Source of the DNA: an uncultured delta proteobacterium
Lineage (GTDB): Bacteria; Desulfobacterota; Syntrophorhabdia; Syntrophorhabdales; WCHB1-27
Assembly: GCA_963810935.1 (NCBI GenBank)
Contig: CAWEPK010000010.1
Coordinates: 160,001 to 224,000, forward strand
Reading direction: 5' to 3'
Length of the DNA stretch: 64,000 nt
The notes under the pieces were generated by a model that was not told where the DNA came from, searched no databases, and was given only the letters and a program-made list of their open reading frames with translations. Of the stretch, positions 8,708-19,884 are shown in pieces. Every line of letters starts with the position of its first letter. The first letter of the stretch is position 1. The position numbers and the translations under genes were made by a program.

Positions 8708-9954
8708 AGCCGCTCGATGGCGCTCCGGTCCACTTTGCCGAGCACCGCCAGCGCCATGCTTCCCGGCTCGCCAAAGATGAGGTTGCTTATCTCGTCGATC
8801 TGCGTCGCGTGCACGCCGTCTATCTTCCTCATCGTCTCCTTCAGGGGAATGTAGCGGTCGAAATAAATCTCGTTCCTGGCCAGTCGCTCCATGCGCGCCT
8901 CGGAACCTTCAAGGGAGATGAAGAAGGTGCCTTTGATGTGCTCCTTCGAGAAGGCGAGGTCCGCGGGAGTAACACCCTGCCGCTTAAGGCTTGCCGCCTC
9001 GTCCCTGATAATGGCGATCACCTCTTCGAGCGAGTCGGCCGGACTGGACGTCGATATGCCGAAATTACCCGCGTTCTGATAACAGTTGACGAAGGAGAAT
9101 ATGTTGTAGACGAGGCCGCGCTTCTCCCTGACTTCCTGAAAAAGGTGCGAGCTCATGCTGCCGCCGACTATGGCGTTGAGCGCGTAAAGGGCGTACCGCC
9201 GCGTGTCGGTCTGGCTGACTGCGTCCGTGCCGAGGCAAAGATAAATATGCTCCAGGTCTTTCTCGTACACGTAGACGTCCGGATAGCTCCGGGGCGGACT
9301 GACCGCTATCGGCAGCGCCTCTCCGCCGGGCATACCGGAAAAGAGCTTCTCGACCTTCCGGACGAGCGCGTCGTGGTCTATCCTGCCGACGCAGGTGATT
9401 ATCATGTTCGGCCCCGAATGGTGCGTCGCGTAGTGGCCGAGCAGCCGGTCCCTGTCGATGCGCTCGACCGTCTCCTCGTTCCCGAGGACGGGCAGCCCTA
9501 TGGGGTCGCCTTTATAGTAATCGGCCGCAAAAAGATCGAAGACCCACTCTTCGGGGTTGTCTTCGATCATCTTGATCTCCTGGATAATTACGTGTTTTTC
9601 CCTCTGGATGTCTTCTTCTTCGAAGGTAGAGTGGTTGCACATGTCGGCAAGAAGGTCGAGGGCAAGGTCCATGTCCTGCCGCAGCACGCGCGCGTAAAGA
9701 CACGTATATTCCTTGCCCGTGAAGGCGTTGAGGACGCCCCCTACGGCGTCGATCTCTCTCGCTATGTCGCGGGCAGTCCGCGTCCGTGTCCCTTTGAAGA
9801 GCATATGCTCGATGAAATGGGAGATGCCGTTATTCTCCCTGTTCTCGTGCCTGCTCCCTGTCTTCCACCAGACGCCGAAGGAGACCGTCGGGAAATAAGG
9901 AAGGCTCTCGGTAACTACACGGATGCCGTTGTCGAGCACCGTTTTCCGGTACAT
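8695..9954 (-). CDS. M16-family zinc peptidase
   Basis: [11 protein letters not shown] (HxxEH), [22 protein letters not shown]; conserved position after pnp. Confidence 0.95.
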   Translation of the reverse strand: MYRKTVLDNGIRVVTESLPYFPTVSFGVWWKTGSRHENRENNGISHFIEHMLFKGTRTRTARDIAREIDAVGGVLNAFTGKEYTCLYARVLRQDMDLALDLLADMCNHSTFEEEDIQREKHVIIQEIKMIEDNPEEWVFDLFAADYYKGDPIGLPVLGNEETVERIDRDRLLGHYATHHSGPNMIITCVGRIDHDALVRKVEKLFSGMPGGEALPIAVSPPRSYPDVYVYEKDLEHIYLCLGTDAVSQTDTRRYALYALNAIVGGSMSSHLFQEVREKRGLVYNIFSFVNCYQNAGNFGISTSSPADSLEEVIAIIRDEAASLKRQGVTPADLAFSKEHIKGTFFISLEGSEARMERLARNEIYFDRYIPLKETMRKIDGVHATQIDEISNLIFGEPGSMALAVLGKVDRSAIERLWKS

Positions 9955-12038
9955 TTATTCGGTCTTTCCCGGCGTCTCTTTCATGGCTGCCTTCCTGGAA
10001 AGCCTTATCCTTCCATTCTGCTCGACCTCGATCACCTTGACCGTCAGTCTCATCGCCCTCCTTCACTATGTCGGAGACCTTCTTCACGTACGTATCGGAA
10101 AGCTGGCTGACATGGACGAGGCCGTCAACGCCGGGCAATATCTCGACTATCGCCCCGAAATCGACTACCCTCCTCACGATGCCCGTGTAGACGGTGCCTA
10201 CCTCGACTTCCCTCGTGATGCCTTTTACGATCTCGATCGCCTTCGCGGCCGAAGCCTCGTCGGAGGAGACGATCCTCACGATCCCGGAGTCCTCTATGTC
10301 GATCTTGACCCCTGTTTGCTCGACGATGCCTTTTATGACCTTTCCGCCCGGGCCTATGACTTCACGTATCTTCTCGGGCCTGATCTTCAGCGTCCAGATG
10401 CGCGGTGCATAGGGCGACATTATTTCTCTCGGTTTCTCCAGCGTCTGCGCCATGGTATCGAGGATGCGGCCGATGCCGTTCTGCGCGAGCCGGACTGCCC
10501 TGCTCATTATTTCCTTTGTGATCCCCTTTACCTTTATGTCCATCTGGACCGCGGTGATGCCGCGCCTGCTGCCTGCGACCTTGAAGTCCATGTCGCCGAG
10601 GGCGTCCTCGTCGCCTAAGATATCGGTAAGGATCACATCATTGCCGTCCTTCAAAAGAAGCCCCATCGCGATGCCCGCGACCGGCTCCTTGACCGGGACG
10701 CCTGCGTCCATCAGAGACAGGCACCCGGCGCAGACCGAGGCCATCGAGGACGAGCCGTTCGATTCGAGTATCTCCGACACTATGCGTATCGTGTACGGGA
10801 AATCGTCCTTGGACGGAAGTATCTGCGAAAGCGCCCGCTCGGCCAGATGGCCGTGGCCTATCTCACGTCTCGACGGCGCCCTCAGGAAACTGACCTCCCC
10901 TACGCTGAAAGGCGGGAAGTTGTAATGGAGCATGAAGGATTTGTAGCTCTCTCCTACGTGGATCGATTCAACCTTCTGCTCGTCGTCCGACGTACCGAAA
11001 GTCGTGACCGCCAGGGCCTGTGTCTCGCCTCTGGTGAATATGGCGGAGCCGTGGGTCCTCGGAAGGGCCGAGACCTCGCACGAAATCGGCCTGATGTCGT
11101 CGGGCGTCCGCCCGTCGATCCTCTTGCCTGTAGCCACGAGCTGGTTCCTCATCGTCTCCTTGACTATCTCGTCGATGGCCTTGCGCACGATCTTCTCGTC
11201 TACGTTCGGGTAGGCCTGAAGGCGGGCGTCCGTAACTTCCTTCACTTTCAGACCCCGCTCCAGCTTAGGCTTTATGGCAAAGGCGGCGAGCAGGTCCTGC
11301 TCCATGGCCGCGCGGATCTCGCTTTTAAGCTCCTCGGGGATCTCCGGCGGCTTAACGGCCCATTTGGCCTTGCCTACCTTCGCTGCGAGCCTGCTCCTGC
11401 ATCTCGATGACGGGCATCATCGTCTTGTGCGCGAGGTCGATCGCCTCGATGAGCGCCTCGCCCTCTATGAAGCCCGCTTCGCCCTCGACCATCATGATCG
11501 CGTCTTTCGAGCCTGCGACAACGATGTTGAGATCGCTATCCTCGGTGTTCGTCGGGTTGATGACGAACTGACCGTCCTTCCTTCCCACCACCACAGCGGC
11601 CAGCGGGCCGAGAAAGGGTATCGGGGAAAGCGTAAGGGCGGCGGAAGCGCCGATCATGCCGAGCACGGCCGGGTCGTTCTCCTGGTCCGCAGAGAGCACC
11701 GTCGCAATGATCTGGGTCTCACGGTGGTAACCCTTCGCGAACGAGGGGCGGAGCGGCCTGTCGATGAGCCGGGAGGTGAGCACTTCCCTTTCGGAGGGAC
11801 GCCCTTCGCGCTTGAAAAAGCCGCCCGGGAACTTGCCCGCCGCATATGACATCTCCTGGTAGTTGACTGTCAGCGGCATAAAGTCGGTAGTCGCCTCTTC
11901 CTTTTCCCCCACCGCCGTTACCAGAACCACGGTATCGCCGTACTGGATTAATACGCTCCCGTCCGCCTGTTTCGCGAGTGACCCCGTGCTGATTGTGAGC
12001 GGTCTGCCGCAGAAATCAATAGTAATCGATTCTCCCAT
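9955..12038 (-). CDS. pnp: Polyribonucleotide nucleotidyltransferase (two apparent +1 frameshifts at ~11391 and ~10048)
   Basis: FFKREGRP, SRLIDRPLRP, RREIGHG, ESNGSSSMA, DMDFKVAG, KH (IGPGGK) and S1 domains. Removing one base at each site gives a continuous frame ending LSRKAAMKETPGKTE* at 9955. Confidence 0.95.
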
Positions 12039-12062
12039 TTTATCTTCCTTCTCTTTTTCCTT

Positions 12063-12332
12063 TTATTTTCTCAAGCCCAGTCTTTCTATGAGCTTCTTGT
12101 ACCTTTCGACGTTCTTTTCTTTCAGGTAGCCGAGGAGCCTTCTCCTGGCGCCGACAAGTATCAGGAGTCCCCTCCGCGAGTTGTGGTCCTTCGAGAACTT
12201 TTTGAAATGCTCCGTGAGCATTTTTATGCGCTCGGTCAAAAGGGCCACCTGAACTTCCGGCGAGCCGGTATCACCTTCGTGAACCTTGAATGCCTCAATG
12301 ATGCCTTGCTTCTGTGACGTGTCTAACGCCAT
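12063..12332 (-). CDS. rpsO: 30S ribosomal protein S15
   Basis: [16 protein letters not shown]....KDHNSRRGL. Confidence 0.99.
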   Translation of the reverse strand: MALDTSQKQGIIEAFKVHEGDTGSPEVQVALLTERIKMLTEHFKKFSKDHNSRRGLLILVGARRRLLGYLKEKNVERYKKLIERLGLRK

Positions 12333-12345
12333 TGCTCCTGCCTCC

Positions 12346-13233
12346 TTAACTATTTATTAATCGTTTCATCCTTATGCTTTTGGAATCCGTATCGACACAG
12401 CCGATGCCCAGGAGCGCCCCATCCCTGTTCATTATCCTTGCCAGCTCTCCCTGCTTCCAATCCCTGGAGCCGCTCAAAAGCGGCACGGGCATGCCGTTTT
12501 TCAGGAACTTTTCAAGCACCGGCTCGATAGCGACCCCCTTGACCGCCTGCATGACTTCCTCCAGCGGGATCATGTATTTTACTATATCCTGCTTCGCCTT
12601 CAAAGAGTCGAGGGATACGCAGCGGCTGATGTCGAACTCACCGTGTCGCGTCCGCTTCAGCGTGTGGAGTGCTGCGCCGCACCCCAAGGACGCACCCAGG
12701 TCCTGGGCGATCACCCTGATATACGTACCCTTCGAACAGCTTATCTCCGCGTCCACGTAAGGATGGACGTAATCGAGGAAGGTTATGCCATATACCTCGA
12801 CTTCCTTGTTCGGGGGGTCGATCGAGAGGCCCTGCCGGACCCATTTGTAAAGCGGCTTTCCCTCCACCTTCTTTGAGGAATAGACCGGGATTTTCTGGGT
12901 GATCTTACCTTTGAAGCGCGCGAGCGCTTCCTCGACCACTTCGCGCTCGAATGCGGGCGGCTGCGTGTCGGAAAGGACGGTCCCTTCCATGTCGAACGTG
13001 TCCGTCGTTATGCCGAGGACGAACTTGGCGACATACCGTTTCTCGCCGTTCTCCAGAAAAGGGATCAGCTTCACCCCTTCGTCCATCGCGACCGGGAGTA
13101 TGCCGGTGGCGTTCCTGTCGAGGGTGCCGATATAGCCTATCTTCTTGAATGCATGGAGCCGCTTCAGCCTCTTTATAGCGTCGTAGGAGGTCATCCCCGG
13201 ACTCTTGTCTAAAATCAGAAAGCCGTTAATCAT
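12346..13233 (-). CDS. truB: tRNA pseudouridine(55) synthase
   Basis: [24 protein letters not shown]; synteny. Confidence 0.95.
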   Translation of the reverse strand: MINGFLILDKSPGMTSYDAIKRLKRLHAFKKIGYIGTLDRNATGILPVAMDEGVKLIPFLENGEKRYVAKFVLGITTDTFDMEGTVLSDTQPPAFEREVVEEALARFKGKITQKIPVYSSKKVEGKPLYKWVRQGLSIDPPNKEVEVYGITFLDYVHPYVDAEISCSKGTYIRVIAQDLGASLGCGAALHTLKRTRHGEFDISRCVSLDSLKAKQDIVKYMIPLEEVMQAVKGVAIEPVLEKFLKNGMPVPLLSGSRDWKQGELARIMNRDGALLGIGCVDTDSKSIRMKRLINS

Positions 13234-14174
13234 AAAGTAAATGCCCCTACCAAACGGTTCTTTATCGAATCTATCCGTCCTTCTATAACGCAGCCCGCCG
13301 CGTTGCGATGGCCGCCTCCTCCGAAGGAGCGCGCCACGGATGCCACATCGACTGCGCCTTTCGACCTTATGCTTACCTTGTATCTGTCCTCTTCCAGCTC
13401 GCGGATGAGACAGGCGACCTCTACGCTCCCGATTTCCTTGAGGAACTCGACAAACCCCTCCGAGTGCTCGCGGTTTGTGGCCGTCTGCGAGAACATCTCC
13501 TGGCTGACATACGCGGTTGCCACCCTGTCGTCCCGGTGCGTCTCCAGCGTCGCAAGGACCAGGCAGAGCAGGTTGTAGCGCTCCTTAGGATGGCTCTCAT
13601 ATACCGCAGAGGCAACGGAGGCGGGCCTTACGCCCAGGTCCGCCATCTCCTCGCAGATGGAAAAGGCGCGTTTTGTGGTGCTTTCGTAACAGAAGGAGCC
13701 GGTGTCGGTCAGAATGGCCGTGTAGATGTTCGCCGCGATCTCATACGTCAATGGGACGCCGATGGACTTAAATATCAAATAGAGTATCTCCGCAGCCGAA
13801 GAGGCGCGCTCGTCTACGATATTTATCTGCCCGAACGCCTCGTTGGCTTCGTGATGGTCTATGTTGATCAAAATGCCCTTGTGCGCGATAACCTCCCGGC
13901 CGTCGCCCACCCTGTCGAGGTTCCCGCAATCGACGACAAAAACTGCGTCGTAATCCTTCTCCGGCATCTTGTGGAGGACCGTCGGCGGTCTCGGAAGGAA
14001 TGCGTAGCGGTAAGGGACGGGGTCCTTAAGGTACACGGCCGCCTCCTTGCCCATCCCGGTGAGCGCAAAGCAAACGGCGAAAGCCGAGCCTATCGCGTCA
14101 CCGTCCGGGTCGGCGTGCGTCGTCACAAGGAACGTGGCCCCCTTGTCGATCGTCTCCTTAATCCTCCCGAACAC
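13230..14174 (-). CDS. nrnA: DHH/DHHA1 nano-RNase / pAp phosphatase
   Basis: H..PDGDAIGS, NIDHH, TDTGSF, SIRS, GGGHRNAAG. Confidence 0.92.
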   Translation of the reverse strand: MFGRIKETIDKGATFLVTTHADPDGDAIGSAFAVCFALTGMGKEAAVYLKDPVPYRYAFLPRPPTVLHKMPEKDYDAVFVVDCGNLDRVGDGREVIAHKGILINIDHHEANEAFGQINIVDERASSAAEILYLIFKSIGVPLTYEIAANIYTAILTDTGSFCYESTTKRAFSICEEMADLGVRPASVASAVYESHPKERYNLLCLVLATLETHRDDRVATAYVSQEMFSQTATNREHSEGFVEFLKEIGSVEVACLIRELEEDRYKVSIRSKGAVDVASVARSFGGGGHRNAAGCVIEGRIDSIKNRLVGAFTL

Positions 14175-14526
14175 CTTCCACCTTCCCTGATTCCTCCACC
14201 TTCTTCAGAAGCTCATCGATACGGTCCGCCCGGTCCTGCCCCGTGTCCAGCACGAAGGTAAGGTCCGGCGTGATCCTGAGCTTGATCCTGTCGCCCAGAA
14301 TGTGCTTGATGTAGCCCCTTGCGCGTTTGAGCGCCTCGACCGTCTTCGTCTTCTCCTCTTCGCTGCCGTAAACGGAGTAGTGCACCTTAGCGTATTTCAG
14401 GTCTTCGGTCATCCGCACTTCCAGAATCGTGATGAAGCCGATGCCGGGGTCCTTGATCTCCTGCTGGATGATCGTCGAGATTTCTTCGCGGATCTGGTCC
14501 TGCAGGCGGAAGCGTCTATACTTCAT
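14158..14526 (-). CDS. rbfA: Ribosome-binding factor A
   Basis: IKDP, V..T.DL.YAKV, RITPDLTF..D; synteny. Confidence 0.96.
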   Translation of the reverse strand: MKYRRFRLQDQIREEISTIIQQEIKDPGIGFITILEVRMTEDLKYAKVHYSVYGSEEEKTKTVEALKRARGYIKHILGDRIKLRITPDLTFVLDTGQDRADRIDELLKKVEESGKVEGVRED

Positions 14527-14815
14527 CTCCTATCACCATGATCTCCGTCTTCGATCCGATCACCTTACCTATATACATCGATTCGATATAACGCGAGATG
14601 CTCTCTATAGTCAAGGCGACGTGGTCCTGCTTTACGCCGACAACGGCGAAGCCGACCGTCGCTTTCTGCCACAGGTTCGTCTGGTCCGCCTCCATGATCG
14701 ATATATTGAACTTCGCCCTGGTCCTCTCGACGATCCTTTTTATGGCCTGCCTCTTTTCCTTTAACGAGTGGTTCTCCGGCAGGAAAATCTCAAGCCTGGA
14801 GATGCCTACCACCAT
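14516..14815 (-). CDS. DUF503/YlxP-family protein
   Basis: MVVG...L......SLKEKR....FNIS..E....LWQ; located between infB and rbfA. Confidence 0.9.
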   Translation of the reverse strand: MVVGISRLEIFLPENHSLKEKRQAIKRIVERTRAKFNISIMEADQTNLWQKATVGFAVVGVKQDHVALTIESISRYIESMYIGKVIGSKTEIMVIGDEV

Positions 14816-14821
14816 TTTGCA

Positions 14822-17449
14822 CTAAAGCGTCCGCTTCTGCTCTTCCTCGACATAGAATTCAATCCTGTCGCCTTCCTGTATGTCGTTGAAGCCCTCGACC
14901 GAGACGCCGCACTCATAGCCGGCCGTCACCTCCCTGACGTCGTCCTTGAAACGCTTCAGGGATGCTATCTTGCCGGAGAAAAGCGTCTGTTCGCCCCTTA
15001 CAACCTTGGCCGTCGAAGTCCTCGTGACCTTGCCTTCCGTAACGTAGCAGCCGGCGATCGTACCTATCTTCGAGACGGAAAAAGTCTTTCTCACCTCGAC
15101 CGCTCCTATCTTTACCTCCACGATGCGCGGGGCAAGGAGGCCTTCCATGGCCTTCCTGACGTCGTCGATCATGTCATAAATTACAGAATAAGTCCTGATG
15201 TCGACTTTTTCCTGGTCCGCCAGTGTCTGGGTCTTGGCCATAGGCTTGACGTTGAACCCGATAATAACCGCTCCCGACGCCATGGCAAGGTTGACGTCCG
15301 TCTCCGTGATGGTGCCTACGCCGCTGTGGATAACGTTTATCTCCACGGCGTCGGTGGAGAGCTTCTTGAGCGCCTCTCCTATGGCGTCGAGGGTACCCCT
15401 CGCGTCGCCCTTCAGGACTACGTTGAGCGTCAGCTTGGCGGTCTCGCCCATCTTCGAGTAAAGCTCATCCAGGGTGATGCGGGCATTCTTGACCTGCTCC
15501 TGCTCCCTCATCTTCTCCTGCCTGAAACGCGAGACCTCCCTGGCGTATCGTTCCTCCGTGGTAGCGATGAACGGGTCGCCCGCCTTCGGCACGTCGGAGA
15601 AGCCGACAACCATTACGGGGGTTGCCGGGGGCGCTTTCTGTATCCTCTTGCCCTTGTCGTCGATCAGGGCCCTGACCCTGCCGAACGCGGTCCCGGCGAC
15701 GAACGGGTCCTGTATCTTCAGCGTGCCTTCCTGGATAATGACCGTCCCGAACGGGCCGTGCCCCTTATCGAGGCCCGACTCAATTATGATGCCCTTGGCC
15801 GACTTATCCGGGTTCGCTTTAAGCTCGAGCATGTCCGACTGCAGGAGTATAAGCTCCAATAACTCCTCTATGCCCGTCTTCTTTTTTGCCGATATCTTGG
15901 CTGCGAGCGTTGTTCCGCCCCATTCTTCCGGCTGTAGGCCGAGCTCCGTCAGCTCTTTCATGACCTTGTCCGGGTTCGCGTTCGCCTTGTCGATCTTATT
16001 GACTGCGACGATGATCGGGACGCCCGCCGCCTTGGCGTGGTCTATGGCCTCCCTCGTCTGCGGCATGACGCCGTCATCGGCAGCCACGACCAGCACTACG
16101 ATATCGGTGACCAGCGCACCTCTCGCCCTCATGGCGGTGAACGCCTCATGGCCGGGCGTATCGACAAAGGTGATCTCTTTCTTGTTAACCTTGGCTACGT
16201 AGGCGCCGATGTGCTGGGTGATGCCGCCCGCTTCATGCTCCGCGACGCTCGTATTTCTTATAGTATCGAGAAGCAGCGTCTTTCCGTGGTCGACGTGGCC
16301 CATGATCGTGACTACCGGGGACCTGGGCTTCAGGTCTTTTACGTCTTCCGCCCTCTGCTGCTCGTCCTCCCGCGTCATGAACTCTTCTTCGACCGACATG
16401 ATACGCTCTACGTCGAAGCCCGCGTCGATGGCCACCAACTGTGCCGTTTCGTATTCTATCGTCTGGTTGACATTGCTGATGGTGCCTAGACGGAGGAGCT
16501 TGGCTATTACTTCGGAAGCCTTGAGGGAAAGCCTTTTCGCCAGCTCGCCCACCTGGATCCGCTCGGCGATCTTGACGACCTTCCGAGCCGGCCTCGATTC
16601 GCCCTTTTTCTCGTCGTCGGTCCTGTCGTCCCTTCTGCCGGACCTGTCCTTCCTGAAGGGGAGCATCTTGCCCTTCTGCCTGCGGAACGCGTAAAGGTCT
16701 TCCTCTTTTATGACGACCTTCCGCTTTCCCGGGGCCTTGCCCTTCAGCTTCGCTTCTTCGATCTCTTCTTCTTCTATCTTCTTCGCGAGGCGCTCGGCCT
16801 TCTTCTTTTTCCGCTCCTCCTCTGTCTCCTGGTCTTCGACGAGGACAAACTCCTTGTTGAGGTCCTGCTTGTAAACCTCCTCAAGCGCCCGTGTGATCTC
16901 CTGTTTCTTCTCTTCGGCTATGCCTTCGCCGTCGGTCTTCGCCGCCTCTTCGACCGCCCGGACGCCTTCAGCCTGCGGGCCCGCTGCCTCCCCGGCTGCT
17001 TCCGCATTCTCCTCTTCGGCTTCCGCCTTGTGCGCCTCATCGACGCGCTCTATCATCTCTATCTTCGGGCGGCTTGCGGCTTTCTTCGGCTTCTCCTGCT
17101 TGACCAGCTCGACGACCGGCTCTTCGGCGCCCTTACGCTCCGGCGCTGCCTTAGCGGACACCTGCCCTTCCTTCTCGGCCTGCGCAGCTTCCTCGACTTC
17201 GGGCTCGGGTTCTTTTACAGCTTCTTTCACCTCGGCGGGTGGAGTCTGGACCCTTCTTCTTATAACAGTGGAGGCTACCCTTTTTTCTATGACAGTCTCT
17301 CCGGAGGCGGTAGACGTCTTCTTCTCGGCCGCCTGCTCCTCCTGTTCTTTTTCCTTATCCTTTATCTTTACCCCTATGCCTTTCAGCCTCGATAAGATCT
17401 CTTCGTCCTTGATCTTATCGGTCAGGGTCGTTATCTTGATTTTCGCCAT
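14822..17449 (-). CDS. infB: Translation initiation factor IF-2
   Basis: GHVDHGKT, EAGGITQHIGAY, DTPGHEAF, NKID; C-terminal SLKRFKDDV.EV..G.ECG. Confidence 0.99.
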   Translation of the reverse strand: MAKIKITTLTDKIKDEEILSRLKGIGVKIKDKEKEQEEQAAEKKTSTASGETVIEKRVASTVIRRRVQTPPAEVKEAVKEPEPEVEEAAQAEKEGQVSAKAAPERKGAEEPVVELVKQEKPKKAASRPKIEMIERVDEAHKAEAEEENAEAAGEAAGPQAEGVRAVEEAAKTDGEGIAEEKKQEITRALEEVYKQDLNKEFVLVEDQETEEERKKKKAERLAKKIEEEEIEEAKLKGKAPGKRKVVIKEEDLYAFRRQKGKMLPFRKDRSGRRDDRTDDEKKGESRPARKVVKIAERIQVGELAKRLSLKASEVIAKLLRLGTISNVNQTIEYETAQLVAIDAGFDVERIMSVEEEFMTREDEQQRAEDVKDLKPRSPVVTIMGHVDHGKTLLLDTIRNTSVAEHEAGGITQHIGAYVAKVNKKEITFVDTPGHEAFTAMRARGALVTDIVVLVVAADDGVMPQTREAIDHAKAAGVPIIVAVNKIDKANANPDKVMKELTELGLQPEEWGGTTLAAKISAKKKTGIEELLELILLQSDMLELKANPDKSAKGIIIESGLDKGHGPFGTVIIQEGTLKIQDPFVAGTAFGRVRALIDDKGKRIQKAPPATPVMVVGFSDVPKAGDPFIATTEERYAREVSRFRQEKMREQEQVKNARITLDELYSKMGETAKLTLNVVLKGDARGTLDAIGEALKKLSTDAVEINVIHSGVGTITETDVNLAMASGAVIIGFNVKPMAKTQTLADQEKVDIRTYSVIYDMIDDVRKAMEGLLAPRIVEVKIGAVEVRKTFSVSKIGTIAGCYVTEGKVTRTSTAKVVRGEQTLFSGKIASLKRFKDDVREVTAGYECGVSVEGFNDIQEGDRIEFYVEEEQKRTL

Positions 17450-17544
17450 TCTTCAGCCTCCCTTGTTCTACCGCCGCATAAGGCCCCAAAACATTCCCGA
17501 ACGCACCTTCCATGCGGCCTGCCGGTCCATCTCCCCTGCGTCTG

Positions 17545-18915
17545 CTACTGGCGCTCCTCGGCCGCCTTCTCCTCCGGCTGCGGCGTTTCAGCCGCCCCCT
17601 CGCTGGCCTCCGGTTTTTGCGCCTCTGCGCTCTCTTCTACGGCACTTGGCGCCTCTGCGGCACGTGTCTTTTCCGCCTCTATGTCGATGATGGCCTTTTT
17701 GGCATTTTCGATTATCCTGGCGCAATCCTCAATCGAGATGCTGGTGATCTTGTTCAGCTCTTCAGGCGAAAGCCGCACTATATCGCTCATGTCTCTCAGG
17801 TACTCGTCGAAGAGTATGCGGGCTAGTATATCGTTGACCTGCAGCCTGCTGGTCAACTCTTCGATGACCTTGCGCGACGTCTTTTCGACCTCCGTTTCGC
17901 TCTTTATATCCGTCTTCCATCCCGTGAGCCGGGAAGCGAGCCGCACGTTCTGGCCTTTCTTGCCTATTGCCAGCGAAAGCTGATCGTCGTGGACGATGAT
18001 CTCCATCGAGTGCTCGTCCTCGTTGATATAAACCTTCGAAACCCTCGCCGGAGCAAGGGCGTTGCAAACGAACTTGGCCGCGTCCTTGCTCCAGGGGATG
18101 ATGTCTATCTTCTCGCCTTTTAGTTCCTGCACGACCGCCTGGACCCTCGACCCCTTCACGCCCACGCAGGCGCCGATGGGGTCTATGCTCGCGTCCTGGC
18201 TGTAGACTGCGATTTTCGCCCTCTCGCCCGGCTCGCGTGCAGCACCCACCACTTTTATGATGCCCTGCTGTATCTCCGGCACCTCTATCTCGAAAAGCTT
18301 GACGAGGAAACCGGGGTGGCTCCTGGACAACAATATCGTGCAGCCCCTCTGCGTCTTTTCAACGTCGAGGATATACCCTTTAACCCTGTCCCGCCGCTTG
18401 AATACTTCGGTAGGTATTACCTCTTTGAACGAAAGTATGGCTTCCGTCTTACCGAGGTTTACTACGTAGTGGCTTTTTTCGACTCTCTGGATCACGCCGG
18501 TGACGATTTCGCTCTTCTTGTCCTTGTACTCGTTATAGATGACGTCGCTCTCGGCGTTCCGCACCTTCTGCATAATGACCTGTTTGGCCGTCTGCGCCGC
18601 GATCCGGCCGAGCGTCGAGGTGTCCATCTTTATACCGATGCTGTCTCCCAGGATGCACTCGGGGTCATGCTCTTTCGCGTCCTCGGCAGATATCTCCATA
18701 TCGTCGTCTTCCACGTCCTCGACGACCGTCTTGAACCGAAAGATCTCTATCTCTCCTGCCTCAGGGTTATACTTGGCCTCGAGGTCAAGGTGGTTTCCGA
18801 ATTTCTTCTTGGATGCCGAAAGGACAGCTTCTTCGAGCGTCTCTATTATGATCTCCTTCGGGATCCCTTTTTCTTTCCCCACCTGTTCTATGACGTAATT
18901 CAAGTCAAAATACAT
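17545..18915 (-). CDS. nusA: Transcription factor NusA
   Basis: GRIAAQTAKQV, AREPGERAKIAV, GACVGVKGSR, LAIGKKGQNVRLA. Confidence 0.99.
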   Translation of the reverse strand: MYFDLNYVIEQVGKEKGIPKEIIIETLEEAVLSASKKKFGNHLDLEAKYNPEAGEIEIFRFKTVVEDVEDDDMEISAEDAKEHDPECILGDSIGIKMDTSTLGRIAAQTAKQVIMQKVRNAESDVIYNEYKDKKSEIVTGVIQRVEKSHYVVNLGKTEAILSFKEVIPTEVFKRRDRVKGYILDVEKTQRGCTILLSRSHPGFLVKLFEIEVPEIQQGIIKVVGAAREPGERAKIAVYSQDASIDPIGACVGVKGSRVQAVVQELKGEKIDIIPWSKDAAKFVCNALAPARVSKVYINEDEHSMEIIVHDDQLSLAIGKKGQNVRLASRLTGWKTDIKSETEVEKTSRKVIEELTSRLQVNDILARILFDEYLRDMSDIVRLSPEELNKITSISIEDCARIIENAKKAIIDIEAEKTRAAEAPSAVEESAEAQKPEASEGAAETPQPEEKAAEERQ

Positions 18916-18924
18916 ATCGCTCCC

Positions 18925-19392
18925 CTATAGCTCAAATTCGAGATTTGCCTTCTTTATGACTTCGAGAGGGATCGTGTACGTCTCCCCCCCTTCCTGCACT
19001 TCGACCTCGTCCTCTCCCACCCGCGCGATCTCGCCCGTGAACTCGTTCCTTCCGGCGATGGACGATCTCGTTACGATCCGGCACCTCTTGCCCGCATACC
19101 TCTCGAAGTCGGCCCTTTTCTTCAATTGCCTCGTAAGGCCGGGCGAAGAAACTTCCAGGACGTACGGGTGGTCGATAACGTTCTCTACATCGAGGAGCTT
19201 GTCGAGCTCCCTGCTGACATGCACACAGTCCGCTATTGCAACCCCGCCTTCCTTGTCGATAAAGATTCTCAAAAGCCACCGTTTGCCGGATGGCTGAAAG
19301 TCAATATCGACAAGCTCGAGCGCTGATTCCCGAAGGATCGGCTCTACGGCGCGGCTTACCCTCTCGATGATCTCCTGCGGGGTGCCTTCCAT
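18925..19392 (-). CDS. rimP: Ribosome maturation factor RimP
   Basis: LRIFIDK.GG...DC..VSR, Y.LEVSSPG..R.L. Confidence 0.96.
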   Translation of the reverse strand: MEGTPQEIIERVSRAVEPILRESALELVDIDFQPSGKRWLLRIFIDKEGGVAIADCVHVSRELDKLLDVENVIDHPYVLEVSSPGLTRQLKKRADFERYAGKRCRIVTRSSIAGRNEFTGEIARVGEDEVEVQEGGETYTIPLEVIKKANLEFEL

Positions 19393-19403
19393 GTCCCAAA
19401 ATT

Positions 19404-19428
19404 AAAAAAGCGGGGTAAACCCACTTTT
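19404..19428 (-). promoter_or_regulatory. rimP-leader terminator/attenuator-like hairpin
   Basis: AAAAGTGGG-TTTAC-CCCGCTTTTTT between the promoter and the rimP start. Confidence 0.65.
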
Positions 19429-19437
19429 CAACGTAAA

Positions 19438-19466
19438 ATAATAACATGTTACTTCAATTATTTCAA
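19438..19466 (-). promoter_or_regulatory. Sigma70-type promoter of the rimP-nusA-infB operon
   Basis: TTGAAA-17 nt-(TGn)TATTAT in an AT-rich intergenic stretch. Confidence 0.7.
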
Positions 19467-19525
19467 TAAACTAATAATGGGACCTGTTGGCCGGCCGGCC
19501 GGATAAGCGCAACCCTGGCGCGGTC

Positions 19526-19855
19526 TTATCGCCAGCCGCCTGTAAGATGAAGATGGAGGTGGAAAATGATCTGGCCGGCCCCCCTCTCCACGTTGACGGC
19601 AAGCCTGTATCCCGACCTTGCAACGCCCATTTCTTCAGCGATCTCTGGCGCTTTCATGAACATCGCCGCTATGATGTCCCGGTCCGCGGGCGTAAGGTCG
19701 TTGACGCTCCGTATATGCTTTTTCGGGACAATCAGCACGTGCACGGGGGCATGGGGATGTATGTCCCTGAACGCCAGAAGGGTCTCGTCCGCGTAGATGA
19801 TGTCCGCCTCTTTTTTTCCGGCGGCTATCAGGCAAAACGGGCAATTCTCTTCCAA
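19526..19855 (-). CDS. Histidine triad (HIT/HinT) nucleotide-binding protein
   Basis: CPFC, AFRDIHP.APVH.LIVPK.H, GQIIFHLHLHL.GG. Confidence 0.95.
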   Translation of the reverse strand: MEENCPFCLIAAGKKEADIIYADETLLAFRDIHPHAPVHVLIVPKKHIRSVNDLTPADRDIIAAMFMKAPEIAEEMGVARSGYRLAVNVERGAGQIIFHLHLHLTGGWR

Positions 19856-19884
19856 GCCGCCCCCTTTTTGCAGTTATTCGTTCG

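Noticed and set aside
8809..10110. 433-aa plus-strand ORF
   Set aside because: Antisense shadow of the M16 peptidase and pnp.
9955..12038. pnp (and xerD, iclR, capD-like, wzx) as true pseudogenes or programmed frameshifts
   Set aside because: No slippery sequences or further decay; all breaks share one sequence context, which fits systematic sequencing error better.
17468..17530. 20-codon ORF with GGGGAG between nusA and infB (position of ylxR/ylxQ in some bacteria)
   Set aside because: Too short, with no YlxR or L7Ae similarity; unsupported.
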